From: Thermodesulfobacteriota bacterium
GTDB lineage: Bacteria > Desulfobacterota > Binatia > Bin18
DNA length: 64,000 bases
Direction of reading: 5' to 3'
Assembly: GCA_964291405.2 (NCBI GenBank)
Contig: OZ219926.1
Span: forward strand, 4,831,697-4,895,696
Shown here in pieces: positions 26,623-37,358 of this stretch. The position numbers were made by a program, and so were the translations under genes. Each line of letters begins with the position of its first letter. The first letter of the stretch is position 1. The notes beneath the pieces were generated by a model. It ran no database searches and was not told the DNA's origin. It worked only from the letters and a program-made list of their open reading frames with translations.

Positions 26623-27684
26623 CTACCGAAAATGGGGGATGACTTTCTCCCCAAACAGACGCATCGAGCGTTCAACCCGGTCCTGCGGCAGTCCCCCGAA
26701 ATTCATCCAGCACAGCAGTTCTCCCACCCCGGCCGCTTCCATTTCACGCACCCGGTCCACAATCCGCTCCGGCGAGCCGAACAGTACGGTCTCTGCTACA
26801 AGCTGCTCCCAGGTGATGGTGGCCAAACGATCGGCCAGAGCACGAAACTGGGGCTGCAGGGCAGGGGGAGCGGCCTCGATATGTTCGGGAACAAGAAAGC
26901 GGGCCAGGGATTGTTGATACCACAGCTCCGCCTCTTGGGCTTCGCGCAGAGCCTGAGCGTCGGTTGGCGCGACATAGATATGGCGCGATACCCCCCATGA
27001 TTGCAATGCCGTTCGTATGGTGGCCTCGGAGTGTCCAGCTTCACTCAGGGCCGCAGTATAGATATCCCGATTCTGCTCGATTTGGCTGAACGGACCGAAC
27101 AGGATGGAATTCAACATGGACCAGCCGCTCCTGGCAGCCAGTTGGATTGTCTCGGGACTGACGCAGACGAGTGATAGCGGAGGGTGTGGTTTCTGGTGAG
27201 GCTTGGGAATGACCGGGATGTCTTCAATGCTGAAGAACTTCCCGTGGTACGAGACTCGCTCCTGCGTCCAGGCCTGGAGCATAATGTCTACGGTCTCACC
27301 AAAGCGCTCTCGGCTTTCTATCTGCGGAACCCGGTAGCCAACAAACTCTACCGGACGATTCCCCCGTCCGATTCCAACGCGCAGCCGCCCCCGGCTAAGA
27401 ATATCGACAAAGGCAATTTCTTCGGCCAGACGAATGGGATCATGAAAGGGCAGGATCACCGCGGCCAGCCCGATGGCGATCCGTTCAGTCCGAGCGGCAA
27501 TTGCCGCGGCCAGCGCCATGGGGCTGGTGGAAATGCCATACTCAATAAAATGGTGCTCGGTCAGCCAGACGCTGTCGTAGCCGAGTTCTTCACTGAGCAG
27601 AATCTGCGCAAACTCCCGGTGAATGACCTCTTCATGAGAGCTGCCCGGCGGAGCCTGAAGAAAATAATAGGTGCCGAAACGCAT
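26623..27684 (-). CDS. LLM-class flavin-dependent oxidoreductase
   Basis: GYDSVWLTEHHF, DPIRLAEE, GRL..GIGRG, PKP.QKPHPP, FG..VIPHF. Confidence 0.9.
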   Translation of the reverse strand: MRFGTYYFLQAPPGSSHEEVIHREFAQILLSEELGYDSVWLTEHHFIEYGISTSPMALAAAIAARTERIAIGLAAVILPFHDPIRLAEEIAFVDILSRGRLRVGIGRGNRPVEFVGYRVPQIESRERFGETVDIMLQAWTQERVSYHGKFFSIEDIPVIPKPHQKPHPPLSLVCVSPETIQLAARSGWSMLNSILFGPFSQIEQNRDIYTAALSEAGHSEATIRTALQSWGVSRHIYVAPTDAQALREAQEAELWYQQSLARFLVPEHIEAAPPALQPQFRALADRLATITWEQLVAETVLFGSPERIVDRVREMEAAGVGELLCWMNFGGLPQDRVERSMRLFGEKVIPHFR

Positions 27685-28042
27685 GGTCTGTCCCTTTGCT
27701 GCTGTCGGAAGAAGAGGGGCCTTCCTTTTCCTAGCAGAGATAGACCGGAGTGGGCAGGGCAAGGGGAAGGTCGTGTATCAGTTTGGTATTGTCAAATTAT
27801 CGCAGAGAGAGCGAAAAGTGGTAGGGGGAGTAGGAAGAATATCTCGCTCATGATCTGTTGCTCTATCCGGGGTGGGAGGTACGGCCGTTCAAGGAAAAGT
27901 TCTGACCGGCTGAAGACACGAGGAGGTAGGCTGAGCTAGCAGATAGGATCCTGGCCCTCCTGTGGATCGCCACGTCCAGGCAACGCACTCGTGTTCGCTG
28001 CGGCAAGAAACGTCCGCCAAGTAAGAATCCAAGGAGGAGGAA

Positions 28043-30583
28043 ATGATGGAATCATTCTTTCGGGCTGTCATCCGTTTCCGCTGGCTGGTCATCGGCCTGG
28101 TCCTCGGTAGTACGGTGCTGGCCGTACTCCCGATTCAAACATTACGCTTTGAAAACGATGTTGAGGCCATGTTCCCCTTCGATGATCCGATCCTCGCCTA
28201 TAGCAGAGTGGTTGAAGAACGATTCGGCATCCGTGATCTCATTATGATCGGGGTACTGAACGACAACGCCGACGAGAATGGCGTCTTTAATCCGCGGACC
28301 TTAGGCATTGTCAAAGAGTTTTCGGAACGCCTTGCTCTGCAACCCGGTATCAAAGCCATCCGGGATGAAGATGTGGCCAGTATCGCCACGATGGATAATA
28401 TCACTGGCACCGTAGACGGTATAAACGTTGATCCGTTTATGGAAGCCGTTCCCGACGCAGCCAATGCGCTGGCAGATCTTAAACAGGCCATCTTTGCCAA
28501 TCACATGTTCGTCAATTGGGTCGTATCGCAAGACGGGACGGGTTTGCTCATCCTGGCCAAGATGGAGCCAACCGAAGACACACAGGCAGGCACGGCGCGA
28601 CGGATGACTGTGTATACCACGATCCGTGACATGGTCGAGGCTAAAAAGGCGACGGGCGTGCCGGAAGAATTTCATATTGCCGGGCGTGGAGCGATCGAAG
28701 TCACCTTGTCGGAAGAGGAAGCACGCGACATGGAAACCTTCTTACCCCTGACCTTGGTCGTGCTTCTGGTAACCTTATATTGTACGTATCGAAGCCTGCG
28801 CGGCGTCCTCCTGCCGCTGGCAGTCGTGGTCGTGTCGGTGATCTGGACCCTCGGGATTATGGCCGCGCTTGGTATTCCTATGTACTTTGTCACCTCCATA
28901 ATGCCGGTCGTGCTCATGGCCATCGGCGTGGCGGATGGCATTCATATTCTCAGTCGCTATTACGAAGAGCTGTTGGAGCATCCGGATATTTCCTCAGCTG
29001 ACGCGGTGATTGTGACTATGCGAGAGATGTGGCAGCCCGTCATTTTGACCTCGCTGACCACCGCAGCGGGATTCTTATCCTTTCTGACTGCGACCGTTGT
29101 CCCTGTCCGCTATTTTGGGGTGTTTAGTGGAGTGGGAATCTTAGCCGCGATGCTCTTCTCGCTGACCTTTTTCCCGGCCATGTTGAGTTTGTTGTCGCCG
29201 ACCGTCAGCCGGGGCCTGCGCAATCAAATGAGCCGGAGTGGAGACCTGGCAGCCGCCGGCTGGGCAGCCAGCTTCTTGGCGCGCCTCGGTCGCGGTGTAG
29301 CACGGCGTCCACTGGTCGTGTGGGTGCCGGCCGCGCTCGTTGTTGCGCTGTGCGTGCTCGGCACGCAGCGGATTGTAGTGAACTCGACCATGGTCGGGAT
29401 GTTTCACCCATCCCACGAGATGCGCGTTAGCGATAGGGTCCTGCGCGATACATTTCAAGGCACCGTGCCTATCTATGTGGCGATCGAAGGGTATGAGGCT
29501 GATCGGCTCAAAGATCCGGTCCTGCTCGATCAACTGGACCGCCTGCAAACGCGGGTGGAGCAGGATCCTGATGTGGGTGGCTCCTTGTCATTAGCGGAAT
29601 ACATCAAACGGATGAACCGGGTCATGAATGAAGATCGTGCAGAAATGGAAGTCATCCCAACTTCTCGTGACCTGGTTGCCCAGTATCTGCTGCTGTATTC
29701 GTTTTCGGGAGACCCGGATGATTTCGACGATGTCGTGGATTATGACTACCAGCATGCCAACGTAGCGGTCTATCTGCGCTCCGATAGGACCCGAGACGTC
29801 GAACGTGTCGTGCAGATTATCCGCGACTTTGCGGTCGAGGAATTTGGCCAGAATGGAGCCACCGACGCTGCCACCCATGATCCGCTGGGACTCCGCTTGG
29901 GCCGCTGGTTAGCCGGCATTGAGCCCACGGTGGCGGGGTGGGAGACGAACAGCGGCTTTCGGATCGGGATTGCGGGCAATGGCTACCTCCTGAACCGTCT
30001 GAGCGAACTGATTGTGTCCGGGCAACTGGCGAGTTTGGTGACCTCGCTCGGCGCGGTCTTTCTGCTCACCACGGTCATGTTTCGCTCGTTCGTTGCCGGG
30101 CTGATTAATGTCCTGCCGATTAGCCTGGTGATGATTTTTAGCTTTGGGCTGCTGGGGCTGCTGAATATCCCGCTAGAGATTGGAAAATCGCTGACTGCCT
30201 CGATGACCATCGGGATTGGCATCGATTATACGATTCACTTTCTGAGTAAGTATCGGGTCAAAGTCCGAGAGGGGCTCACAGACCCCACGCAGATTACAGC
30301 GGCCACGATGGCTACCTCGGGCAAGGCCATCTTTTTTAATGCGGTCGTGGTTATCGGCGGCTTCCTGATTTTTCTCACCTCGAACTTCGAGTCCCTCTTT
30401 TACCTGGGTGTCATGCTTTCACTCAGTATGGGGGCCTGCTTGATTGTGTCGATGACGGTCCTGCCGGCGATCTTGAATCGGTTTCAACCGTGTTTTGTGT
30501 ATGGCGATAAATTAGCGCTCGCTGTGCCGCCGCAAACGGCCGACCGGATCATTTCAACGAGAGAAGAGGAGGAAGGAGCATAA
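28043..30583 (+). CDS. MMPL/RND-family membrane transporter
   Basis: Two TM blocks with large loops; AIGVADGIH, TSLTTAAGF, GIGIDYTIH. Confidence 0.88.
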   Translation: MMESFFRAVIRFRWLVIGLVLGSTVLAVLPIQTLRFENDVEAMFPFDDPILAYSRVVEERFGIRDLIMIGVLNDNADENGVFNPRTLGIVKEFSERLALQPGIKAIRDEDVASIATMDNITGTVDGINVDPFMEAVPDAANALADLKQAIFANHMFVNWVVSQDGTGLLILAKMEPTEDTQAGTARRMTVYTTIRDMVEAKKATGVPEEFHIAGRGAIEVTLSEEEARDMETFLPLTLVVLLVTLYCTYRSLRGVLLPLAVVVVSVIWTLGIMAALGIPMYFVTSIMPVVLMAIGVADGIHILSRYYEELLEHPDISSADAVIVTMREMWQPVILTSLTTAAGFLSFLTATVVPVRYFGVFSGVGILAAMLFSLTFFPAMLSLLSPTVSRGLRNQMSRSGDLAAAGWAASFLARLGRGVARRPLVVWVPAALVVALCVLGTQRIVVNSTMVGMFHPSHEMRVSDRVLRDTFQGTVPIYVAIEGYEADRLKDPVLLDQLDRLQTRVEQDPDVGGSLSLAEYIKRMNRVMNEDRAEMEVIPTSRDLVAQYLLLYSFSGDPDDFDDVVDYDYQHANVAVYLRSDRTRDVERVVQIIRDFAVEEFGQNGATDAATHDPLGLRLGRWLAGIEPTVAGWETNSGFRIGIAGNGYLLNRLSELIVSGQLASLVTSLGAVFLLTTVMFRSFVAGLINVLPISLVMIFSFGLLGLLNIPLEIGKSLTASMTIGIGIDYTIHFLSKYRVKVREGLTDPTQITAATMATSGKAIFFNAVVVIGGFLIFLTSNFESLFYLGVMLSLSMGACLIVSMTVLPAILNRFQPCFVYGDKLALAVPPQTADRIISTREEEEGA

Positions 30584-30591
30584 AAATTACT

Positions 30592-30625
30592 CCGTCCCTC
30601 TCTCTGAGGAGGGAGAAAGGGACGG
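30592..30625. repeat. REP-like hairpin after the MMPL gene
   Basis: CCGTCCCTCTCTCT..AGGGAGAAAGGGACGG imperfect inverted repeat. Confidence 0.5.
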
Positions 30626-30683
30626 CAACAAACGCCATTAACATGCCGCTCGCAGCACTCCTCTAATCAAGTGGCTGGCATAT

Positions 30684-31903
30684 ATGAATGACACGGCAAA
30701 GGTGACCCCAGCGGCCAGTTTTACGCTCTTGCTCGCAACGCTGGCGTGCACTGTGTTCTCTCTGATGACGGCCCAAGGCATGCTTGGCCCGCTCTTACGG
30801 GACATGGCGCAAGACCTGGGGACGACCGTGCCGATCGGGGCGCAGGTGGCGACAGCGGAAACTGTTGCATGGGCGGCAACAGCAGTGATGATTGGTCCCT
30901 TCTCGGATGCCTACGGACGGAAGCCTTTCTTACTGTGCGGCGCGCTCTTGGTGAGCGCCGGAGCCATAGGGATGGCTCTTGCTTCCAGCCTCTCGATTGC
31001 CTCGGCGTTTCGTATCCTGGCCGGTATCGGGGGCGGCATGATCCCCCCGACATGCGTCGCTATCATTGGCGATTTCTTTCCTGAAGAGCGACGCGCGTCC
31101 TCTATTGCGACCATCGCCATGCAGCCTGGGCTGAGCAGCATCTTTGGCGTGCCTTTGGCTGCGCTGCTGGCGGCTACAGCGGGCTGGCGCATCACTTATA
31201 GTGTCGTTGGGGTAGTGGTGTTGGGGTGTGCGGTAGCCTTGTTTTTTCTCGTTCCGTATCGTCGCAGCGACGGCATCTCTCTTGACCTCTCACAGAGGCT
31301 GCGGAAAATCGGGCGGTTTCCTGTGACGTGGTCGCTAACGGCAGCCAATATGACTGGTCGCCTGTCGATGGGCGTGATGATGATATTTTTCCCGGTCTTT
31401 CTCCAGGTCACGTATGATTTGGGGACCGCAGAGGTGGCACTGCCCGTATCGCTCATGGCCGTCGGGGCAACGCTTGGCACGTATCTCGGGGGACAGATAG
31501 GGAAGCGACCGAATCGCCTGCTGCTTAGGGCTCTCACGATATGCTTTTCCACGCTCCCGGCTCTGGCTGTTTTTGTATGGGGGGCAGCTTGTGGCTCACA
31601 GTAGGGACGGCAAGCGTCTTTATGGCTTGTGTTATGCCGGTGACCAGCCTGCTCATGATTATGGGAGCTGAACTGGCCGGTCCCTCCCGAGGGACGATGG
31701 TGGGGCTTCTATCCGGCAGCGGGTTTTTGGGCTTCGCGGTTGCCTCCTCGTTAGGCGGCTTCCTTGTTGCCCAGATTGGCTATGGGGCGCTGTCCGTCGT
31801 ACTGGCTGTGGTCACCGCAGCCAGTGGACTGTGCTTACTCTTTCTGCAACACAGCCGGGCCGAGCAGCGCGCTCGTGCCTATTTCGGCGCTGACACGCAA
31901 TAG
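30684..31903 (+). CDS. MFS transporter split by a 1-bp frameshift in a G6 run (31579-31584)
   Basis: GPFSDAYGRK motif A; ORFs 30684-31604 and 31541-31903 join if one G is added. Confidence 0.78.
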
Positions 31904-32047
31904 GCGCGAATGATACAAAAGGAAAATCTGGCCCACCCTCGATATAAGGACGAATGAGTAAGCATAGTCGGGACAGGGGAGAGCATCAATAATCACTCAA
32001 AGAAGGCTGCGAGCAGATACCGCCCCATGAGGGGTAGATGCTCGGGC

Positions 32048-33217
32048 CTAAGGGGCGAGGCTTGTTGCAATATGTAACAGCAATATATCTGCCCCGCGTG
32101 GCCCAATGAGAGATATGCCGATCGGGCAACCATCAAGGGTACCCAACGGCAGGTTGACTTGAGGGAGACGGGCGAGGCCGGCGATACATAAGAGACTCAA
32201 CGCCTGAGCCCGAAACGCCTCCAGCTCATCCGAAGGTGTATTCCGAAGCGGGGCAATGCCGGGTGCGGTCGGGAGACATAAGACGCTATCCTCTCCGAGG
32301 AACGCGTCCATTCGAGCTCCAATCTGTTCTCGCTTCTCCTTGGCGCCGTCCACCTCGGCTTGCTGAATTGTTGCTGTCCACTCGAAACGTTTATGAATAT
32401 CCGGCCCGAAAGCAGGCTGGACTGCGCGAATCCAAGCGCCGTGATTGGCCCAGATCTCCGCGCCTTGCAGGACACGGAAAAGCTGCATCCATTCCGAGAG
32501 TCCCCCAGGGTTGATGGTGACAGACTGTGCCGGACCAATAGCTTGGCTGAGTTTTGTGACTGCGGGTCGGAGTGCTGCGGTTACCACATTGCCTGCTAGA
32601 GCAAATGCGTCTGAGGCCAAGAGCAGTTGGCGTGGAGGCCGAGCGTCGCTCTGATCGTCCAGGAGCACCCGACCGACCTTTTCCAAGAGTCTGGCGTCTC
32701 GGGTAAACCAACCAACGGTGTCAAAGCTTGATGCAAGGGGGGCTATCCAGTCGAGCGGAATACGCCCGTGGGTCGGTCGAAAACCAAATATCCCACAGTA
32801 GCTGGCTGGTAAACGGACCGAACCGCCACAGTCGGTTCCAATGGCAAAATCCACCAGACCGCCAGCTACCGCGGCAGCCGAGCCACTGGAAGATCCTCCT
32901 GGGATACGACCCGCTGCGTTCGGATTCACCGGCGTGCCGTAGTGGACATTTTCACCATTGAGACTGTAGGCCAGCTCATCCGTGTGCGTTTTGCCCACAA
33001 TATGGGCACCTGCGTCGAGGAGACGTTGCACCGCAGGAGCTGTGGTCCCAGCTACGGGGTGGGTCCGAAGCCAGTCTGGATTGCCCGCTCCAGTGGGGTG
33101 CCCCTTGATATGGAAGACGTCTTTTACCGCAAGAGACAGAGTAGCGAGCGGCCCTGTCTCTGAACCGGGAAGCGTGACGTGGGTGTGGTGACAGAATGCG
33201 CCTAAGGTGTCGTTCAT
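32048..33217 (-). CDS. Amidase-signature family amidase
   Basis: AVKD, GKT.TDELAYSL.G.N, PGGSSSGSA, GTDCGGSVRLPAS. Confidence 0.92.
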   Translation of the reverse strand: MNDTLGAFCHHTHVTLPGSETGPLATLSLAVKDVFHIKGHPTGAGNPDWLRTHPVAGTTAPAVQRLLDAGAHIVGKTHTDELAYSLNGENVHYGTPVNPNAAGRIPGGSSSGSAAAVAGGLVDFAIGTDCGGSVRLPASYCGIFGFRPTHGRIPLDWIAPLASSFDTVGWFTRDARLLEKVGRVLLDDQSDARPPRQLLLASDAFALAGNVVTAALRPAVTKLSQAIGPAQSVTINPGGLSEWMQLFRVLQGAEIWANHGAWIRAVQPAFGPDIHKRFEWTATIQQAEVDGAKEKREQIGARMDAFLGEDSVLCLPTAPGIAPLRNTPSDELEAFRAQALSLLCIAGLARLPQVNLPLGTLDGCPIGISLIGPRGADILLLHIATSLAP

Positions 33218-33224
33218 GGTAGCC

Positions 33225-34451
33225 TCAAGGCCGATGTAGTTCCGCCGGTTTTCTAGTGAATGTCTGCCGGCCGCGTTTGAAGCCGTACAGAGGGGCTACG
33301 ACTTCTGCTACTGCGGCTTCAGGAGCCGTACAGTCCAGGACAACCAGATCGGCTGCTTTTCCGACTTCCACGCCATAGTCTTCGAGTCCCAGTATTTGGG
33401 CTGAATATTGAGTGATCATATCAAAGCAGGCCCGCACTTCTTCCTGATTATCGACCTGGCAGATATTGGCATACAGGTTAGCCATGCGAATCAACGAACA
33501 GTCGCCAAACGGCGTGAAGGGATTGAGAACATTATTAGTCGAGAGCGAACAGGTAACGCCTCGCTGTATGAATTTATGCACCGGAGTCACGCCCCGAATA
33601 ATATTGTGATCCTGGTGACGACCCATCAGGTAGAGGTCCGTCGCGGGCAGCACGGTGACCGCGACGCCGATATTCGCCAGACGCTGGGCGAGGGCGAAAA
33701 ATCGTTCTGGAGAAATGGTTGACATCTTGGTCACATGGCCGACCGTGACCCGGCCCCCATAGCCAAACTTTTCCGTCAGATCGCACACATACTCAATATC
33801 CATCTCGTCCGAGGTATGGCCGAAGTCTAAATGCATATCGATATCAACGTTGAACTCGCGAGCCAGTTCAAAGATGCGATCTATCTGACCGTGTGGATCA
33901 GTGTCCGTATAAGGGGCTGCCCCAATAACGCTCGCGCCCCGATTGAGGGCGGCAACTAAAAGTTCATCGGTCCCTGGATTATTAAGCAAGCCTTCTTGCG
34001 GAAAGACACACACCTCAATATCCAGCGCCCACTTATATTCCTCGATGAGGGGGAGTACCCCGTCGAGTCCACGCAGCCCTATGCCTGGGTCAACCTCAAG
34101 GTGAGTACGCACCTGGGTGGTCCCGTGCAGTATGCATTTTTCTAAGGTGCCTGCTGCCCGCTGATGCACGTCTTCTGCCGTGAAAGCCTGTTTGGCTGCC
34201 GTGACTTGGGTCAGGACTTCTTCCAGATCACCTTCGGCCGACTGGCAGCGGTCCAGGATGCAGGATTTGTCCAAATGGATATGGGTTTCAATGAAACCTG
34301 GTGTGACTAAACGACCCCGCAGGTCAAGCTCACGCCCTTCGGCTGACAGCTTGGATTCGATAGCTCCTATGCGGCCATTCTGGATACCAATATCAACGGT
34401 CGTTTGATCTTCCTGCCCGACAATGCGTCCATTTCTGAGAATAAGGTCCAT
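33225..34451 (-). CDS. Cytosine/creatinine deaminase-like amidohydrolase
   Basis: ETHIHLDK, RTH.EVD, FPQEG, DMHLD, GKAADLVV. Confidence 0.85.
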   Translation of the reverse strand: MDLILRNGRIVGQEDQTTVDIGIQNGRIGAIESKLSAEGRELDLRGRLVTPGFIETHIHLDKSCILDRCQSAEGDLEEVLTQVTAAKQAFTAEDVHQRAAGTLEKCILHGTTQVRTHLEVDPGIGLRGLDGVLPLIEEYKWALDIEVCVFPQEGLLNNPGTDELLVAALNRGASVIGAAPYTDTDPHGQIDRIFELAREFNVDIDMHLDFGHTSDEMDIEYVCDLTEKFGYGGRVTVGHVTKMSTISPERFFALAQRLANIGVAVTVLPATDLYLMGRHQDHNIIRGVTPVHKFIQRGVTCSLSTNNVLNPFTPFGDCSLIRMANLYANICQVDNQEEVRACFDMITQYSAQILGLEDYGVEVGKAADLVVLDCTAPEAAVAEVVAPLYGFKRGRQTFTRKPAELHRP

Positions 34452-34570
34452 GCTGGCCCCCCTTTTCCGCTCGTCCTTCCTAATGGTTGAGTCGAGCCCG
34501 AACGGCGTCCGATTTTGATGGAGATGTCGTCTCCATCGGAGTTCCTCCTTGTCGGATGATTGTAGTCTGC

Positions 34571-35602
34571 TCACATGGTCGCTGCTTCTTTGCCTCTCAG
34601 GTCGGTATAGCGTCCTTCCGACAGCTTCTTGGTGCGGTGAGCGCCTGAAGTCGTGTGTCCATATTTGGGGGGATTATCTGGCCCGCAGCAGGTCTCGATG
34701 CACTCGATGGCCGCGTCGTAGTTTGGTTGATGGAAAAATGCGAGAGAGAGCCGGTCCTGACGCGCCTGCGAACGCGAAGGGTTCACAACGCGATGAAGGG
34801 TCGAGACCCAGCGATCGTTCGTCCACTCGGCCATCAGATCACCCAGATTCACCACAAAAGTTCCTTCGACGAGCGGCACGTCAACCCACCGCCCTTCTCG
34901 CGTGTAGACTTGAAGGCCTCCGGCTCCACTATCCGGACACAGAATGGTCAAGCTCCCCAGGTCCGAATGTTCACCTGCGCGCAGTTGGTCAGGCTCGGGC
35001 TCTTCAAGCTGGGCAGGGTAGTAGAGCGCGCTGAAATTGGTGATGTGTTTATCGATTTTGTCGTTGAAATAGGTCTCCGGTAGCTCAAGGGCGAGGGCGA
35101 AGCTTTGCATTAACGCTTTGGCAAGACGCTCCATCGCCTGGTAGTACTCCTCCCAGGTAGAGCGCATGTAGGTGGGTCGGGCCGGCCATTGATTTGGGGC
35201 AAAATAGGTCCCGGCTTGAGGACTCGTATGGTACGTGTCTGCGGGGACATCGACCGGTCCTATGCTGAAGTGTTCGACGAGATCGGGCGGAGTCTCAACG
35301 CCCTGCGTTAGCGCGGCGGTCTGGCCCCCGAGGGGAAGGTACCCCCGGTAACGGTCCGGCGGCATACGAAGCTGAAATTTCTCTTCAAGCGGTAAGGTGA
35401 AATATTCGCGTGATACGGCTCGCATTGCTTCGATGCTCGACGGCGAAATCTGATGCCCACTGATCAGAAAGAAGCCAATCTGTTCACAGACGCGGCCGAT
35501 TTTCCGAGCGGCTGATTGTTTCTCTGCCTGGCCGCCTTCGAGAAACGGCTGAAAGTCGATAAGAGGAATAACTGACTGCTGACCCATTTTGATTCCCTCC
35601 AT
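34571..35602 (-). CDS. Isopenicillin N synthase-like 2OG-Fe(II) oxygenase
   Basis: IPLIDF..F, GFF...GH, EHSD.GSLT, VNLGD....WTND, STLHRV, R.S.AFF. Confidence 0.9.
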   Translation of the reverse strand: MEGIKMGQQSVIPLIDFQPFLEGGQAEKQSAARKIGRVCEQIGFFLISGHQISPSSIEAMRAVSREYFTLPLEEKFQLRMPPDRYRGYLPLGGQTAALTQGVETPPDLVEHFSIGPVDVPADTYHTSPQAGTYFAPNQWPARPTYMRSTWEEYYQAMERLAKALMQSFALALELPETYFNDKIDKHITNFSALYYPAQLEEPEPDQLRAGEHSDLGSLTILCPDSGAGGLQVYTREGRWVDVPLVEGTFVVNLGDLMAEWTNDRWVSTLHRVVNPSRSQARQDRLSLAFFHQPNYDAAIECIETCCGPDNPPKYGHTTSGAHRTKKLSEGRYTDLRGKEAATM

Positions 35603-35731
35603 TTCAATGCTGTGACTTGAGCCGTTTCGGTCACATTATAGGGAGATACGTGTTGAGGGGAAACCGTGATTTGACCAGTTGTCCTCATTGACCATCCCCC
35701 CTACAATCCCTTCGACCACAAGGAGGATGGC

Positions 35732-37144
35732 TTGGGCTCACATATTGCGCCACTCAAAACCGCAGACCTGCCACCGCGTACCCGCTCGTTCTGGCAATTG
35801 GCCGGGCCGGGGGCTGTCCTGGTCGGTCTTTCCATCGGCGCCGGCGAACTGGTGATGTGGCCGTGGATTACGGCCAAGTTTGGAGCCAGCATGGCCTGGG
35901 CCGCAGCCCTGGGTGTCTTTCTGCAACTCTGGGTCAATTTTGAGATCGGCCGCTGGACCATCGTCACCGGCGAAGCGCCGTATACCGGCTTTGCCCGGGT
36001 GTGGATGGGTTTTATCTACATCCTGCTGTTTCTGACTTTCGCCGGACTGTTCCTGCCCGGCTGGGCGCGGGTTTCCGGCGCGGCCCTGAAGGGCCTGATT
36101 TTCGGACCGGACGGCCCTGGAGCCGACTGGATGTGGACCGGCCTGACCTTTGTGTTGATCGCCGCCACACTCTTTGGCCCCAAAGTCATGTACCAGGCCA
36201 TGGAACGGATCGTCATCGGCATGGTCGTCTTCATTACGCTAGGGCTGACTTTTGTGGCCTTCCAGGTCGGAACCTGGGAGCATGTTTCCGAGATGGCTCG
36301 CGGGCTGGTGAATTTCGGTCACATCGAATTGACGGAGGATTTCCCCTTCAGCCGCTTTTTTGGGGCCGTGGTGTTCGCCGGCGCCGGAGGAGCTGGCAAC
36401 CTGTGGTACGCCTTTTATTTACGCGACAAGAACATCGGCATGGGGGCGCGTATGCCTCGGCTCCAAAACCCGTTGCGGGGTGGGTCGAACGAGGAGGAGG
36501 CAACCGGCTATCTGTACCCGGAAACGGAAGCCAACCAACGCGCCTTCAAGGGCTGGTTTCGCTGGATACGCCTGGACCAGTGCCTGTTCTTCTGGGGGCT
36601 GAACAGCTTCACCATGTTCCTGTTTATGTTTGGGGTGCTGTGCGTCTTACGCCCCAGCGGCGTCGTTCCGGCCGAGGGACGTATTATCTGGGATATGTCG
36701 CTGATTCTGGAAAACTCCATGGGCGCGGTGGGATTTTATCTCTTTCTGGCAATCGGCATGGCCACGCTCTTCAGCACGCAGTTGGTCAGCGTCGACGGCA
36801 ACGCCCGGGTCTGGTCCTATATCATCCGTACATCGTTTCCGTTTGGAGCAAAGATCGACCAGGCCAAATTGTACATTCCCTTTGCTGTCCTCTTTATGGT
36901 TGCCGGCACAGTCAGCACTTGGTTTTTTGAGCGTTTTGCCGTCACCGGGCTGGGCTTTCTGTTTAACGCCGCCCTGCTCAGCGGGCTGACCATGGCCCTG
37001 TATGTGCCGTTGATGTTGTATATGAATCTGCGCAATCTGCCGCCCTCGGCCCGACCGGGGCCGGTGTCGATTGTCATGATGCTCATCGCGTCGGTGATAT
37101 ACGGGGGCTTTGCGCTGTACTCGCTGTGGATCACGGTTTTCTAA
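35732..37144 (+). CDS. Nramp-like (APC superfamily) transporter
   Basis: GPG......SIG.GEL, EIGRWT..TGE, ~11 TM; TTG start after AGGAGG. Confidence 0.7.
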   Translation: MGSHIAPLKTADLPPRTRSFWQLAGPGAVLVGLSIGAGELVMWPWITAKFGASMAWAAALGVFLQLWVNFEIGRWTIVTGEAPYTGFARVWMGFIYILLFLTFAGLFLPGWARVSGAALKGLIFGPDGPGADWMWTGLTFVLIAATLFGPKVMYQAMERIVIGMVVFITLGLTFVAFQVGTWEHVSEMARGLVNFGHIELTEDFPFSRFFGAVVFAGAGGAGNLWYAFYLRDKNIGMGARMPRLQNPLRGGSNEEEATGYLYPETEANQRAFKGWFRWIRLDQCLFFWGLNSFTMFLFMFGVLCVLRPSGVVPAEGRIIWDMSLILENSMGAVGFYLFLAIGMATLFSTQLVSVDGNARVWSYIIRTSFPFGAKIDQAKLYIPFAVLFMVAGTVSTWFFERFAVTGLGFLFNAALLSGLTMALYVPLMLYMNLRNLPPSARPGPVSIVMMLIASVIYGGFALYSLWITVF

Positions 37145-37358
37145 ATCTCGTCCTGCCAGCCCATACTGGGCCGCGGCTGGTACGATCCGGCTGAGGCGAG
37201 CAGGAAGGTTGCGGGGTGCGGCACTTCTGGGTAGAAGTTCCTCACTACGTTATATGGGGGCCGATATGTCACTGCTCATAAAAACGGCCGGACTCCTGCT
37301 GCTCTCTTTTGGCGGGATCATCTGCTGAGTCTGCACGAGCGGTGAGAGGGGAAAGAGT

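Noticed and set aside
31560-31604. MFS split as programmed frameshift or phase variation
   Set aside because: One missing G in a G6 run fits a sequencing homopolymer error; the run is short for a contingency locus
35611-35635. TGTGA...TCACA as a CRP/FNR site
   Set aside because: Spacing is 15 bp rather than 6
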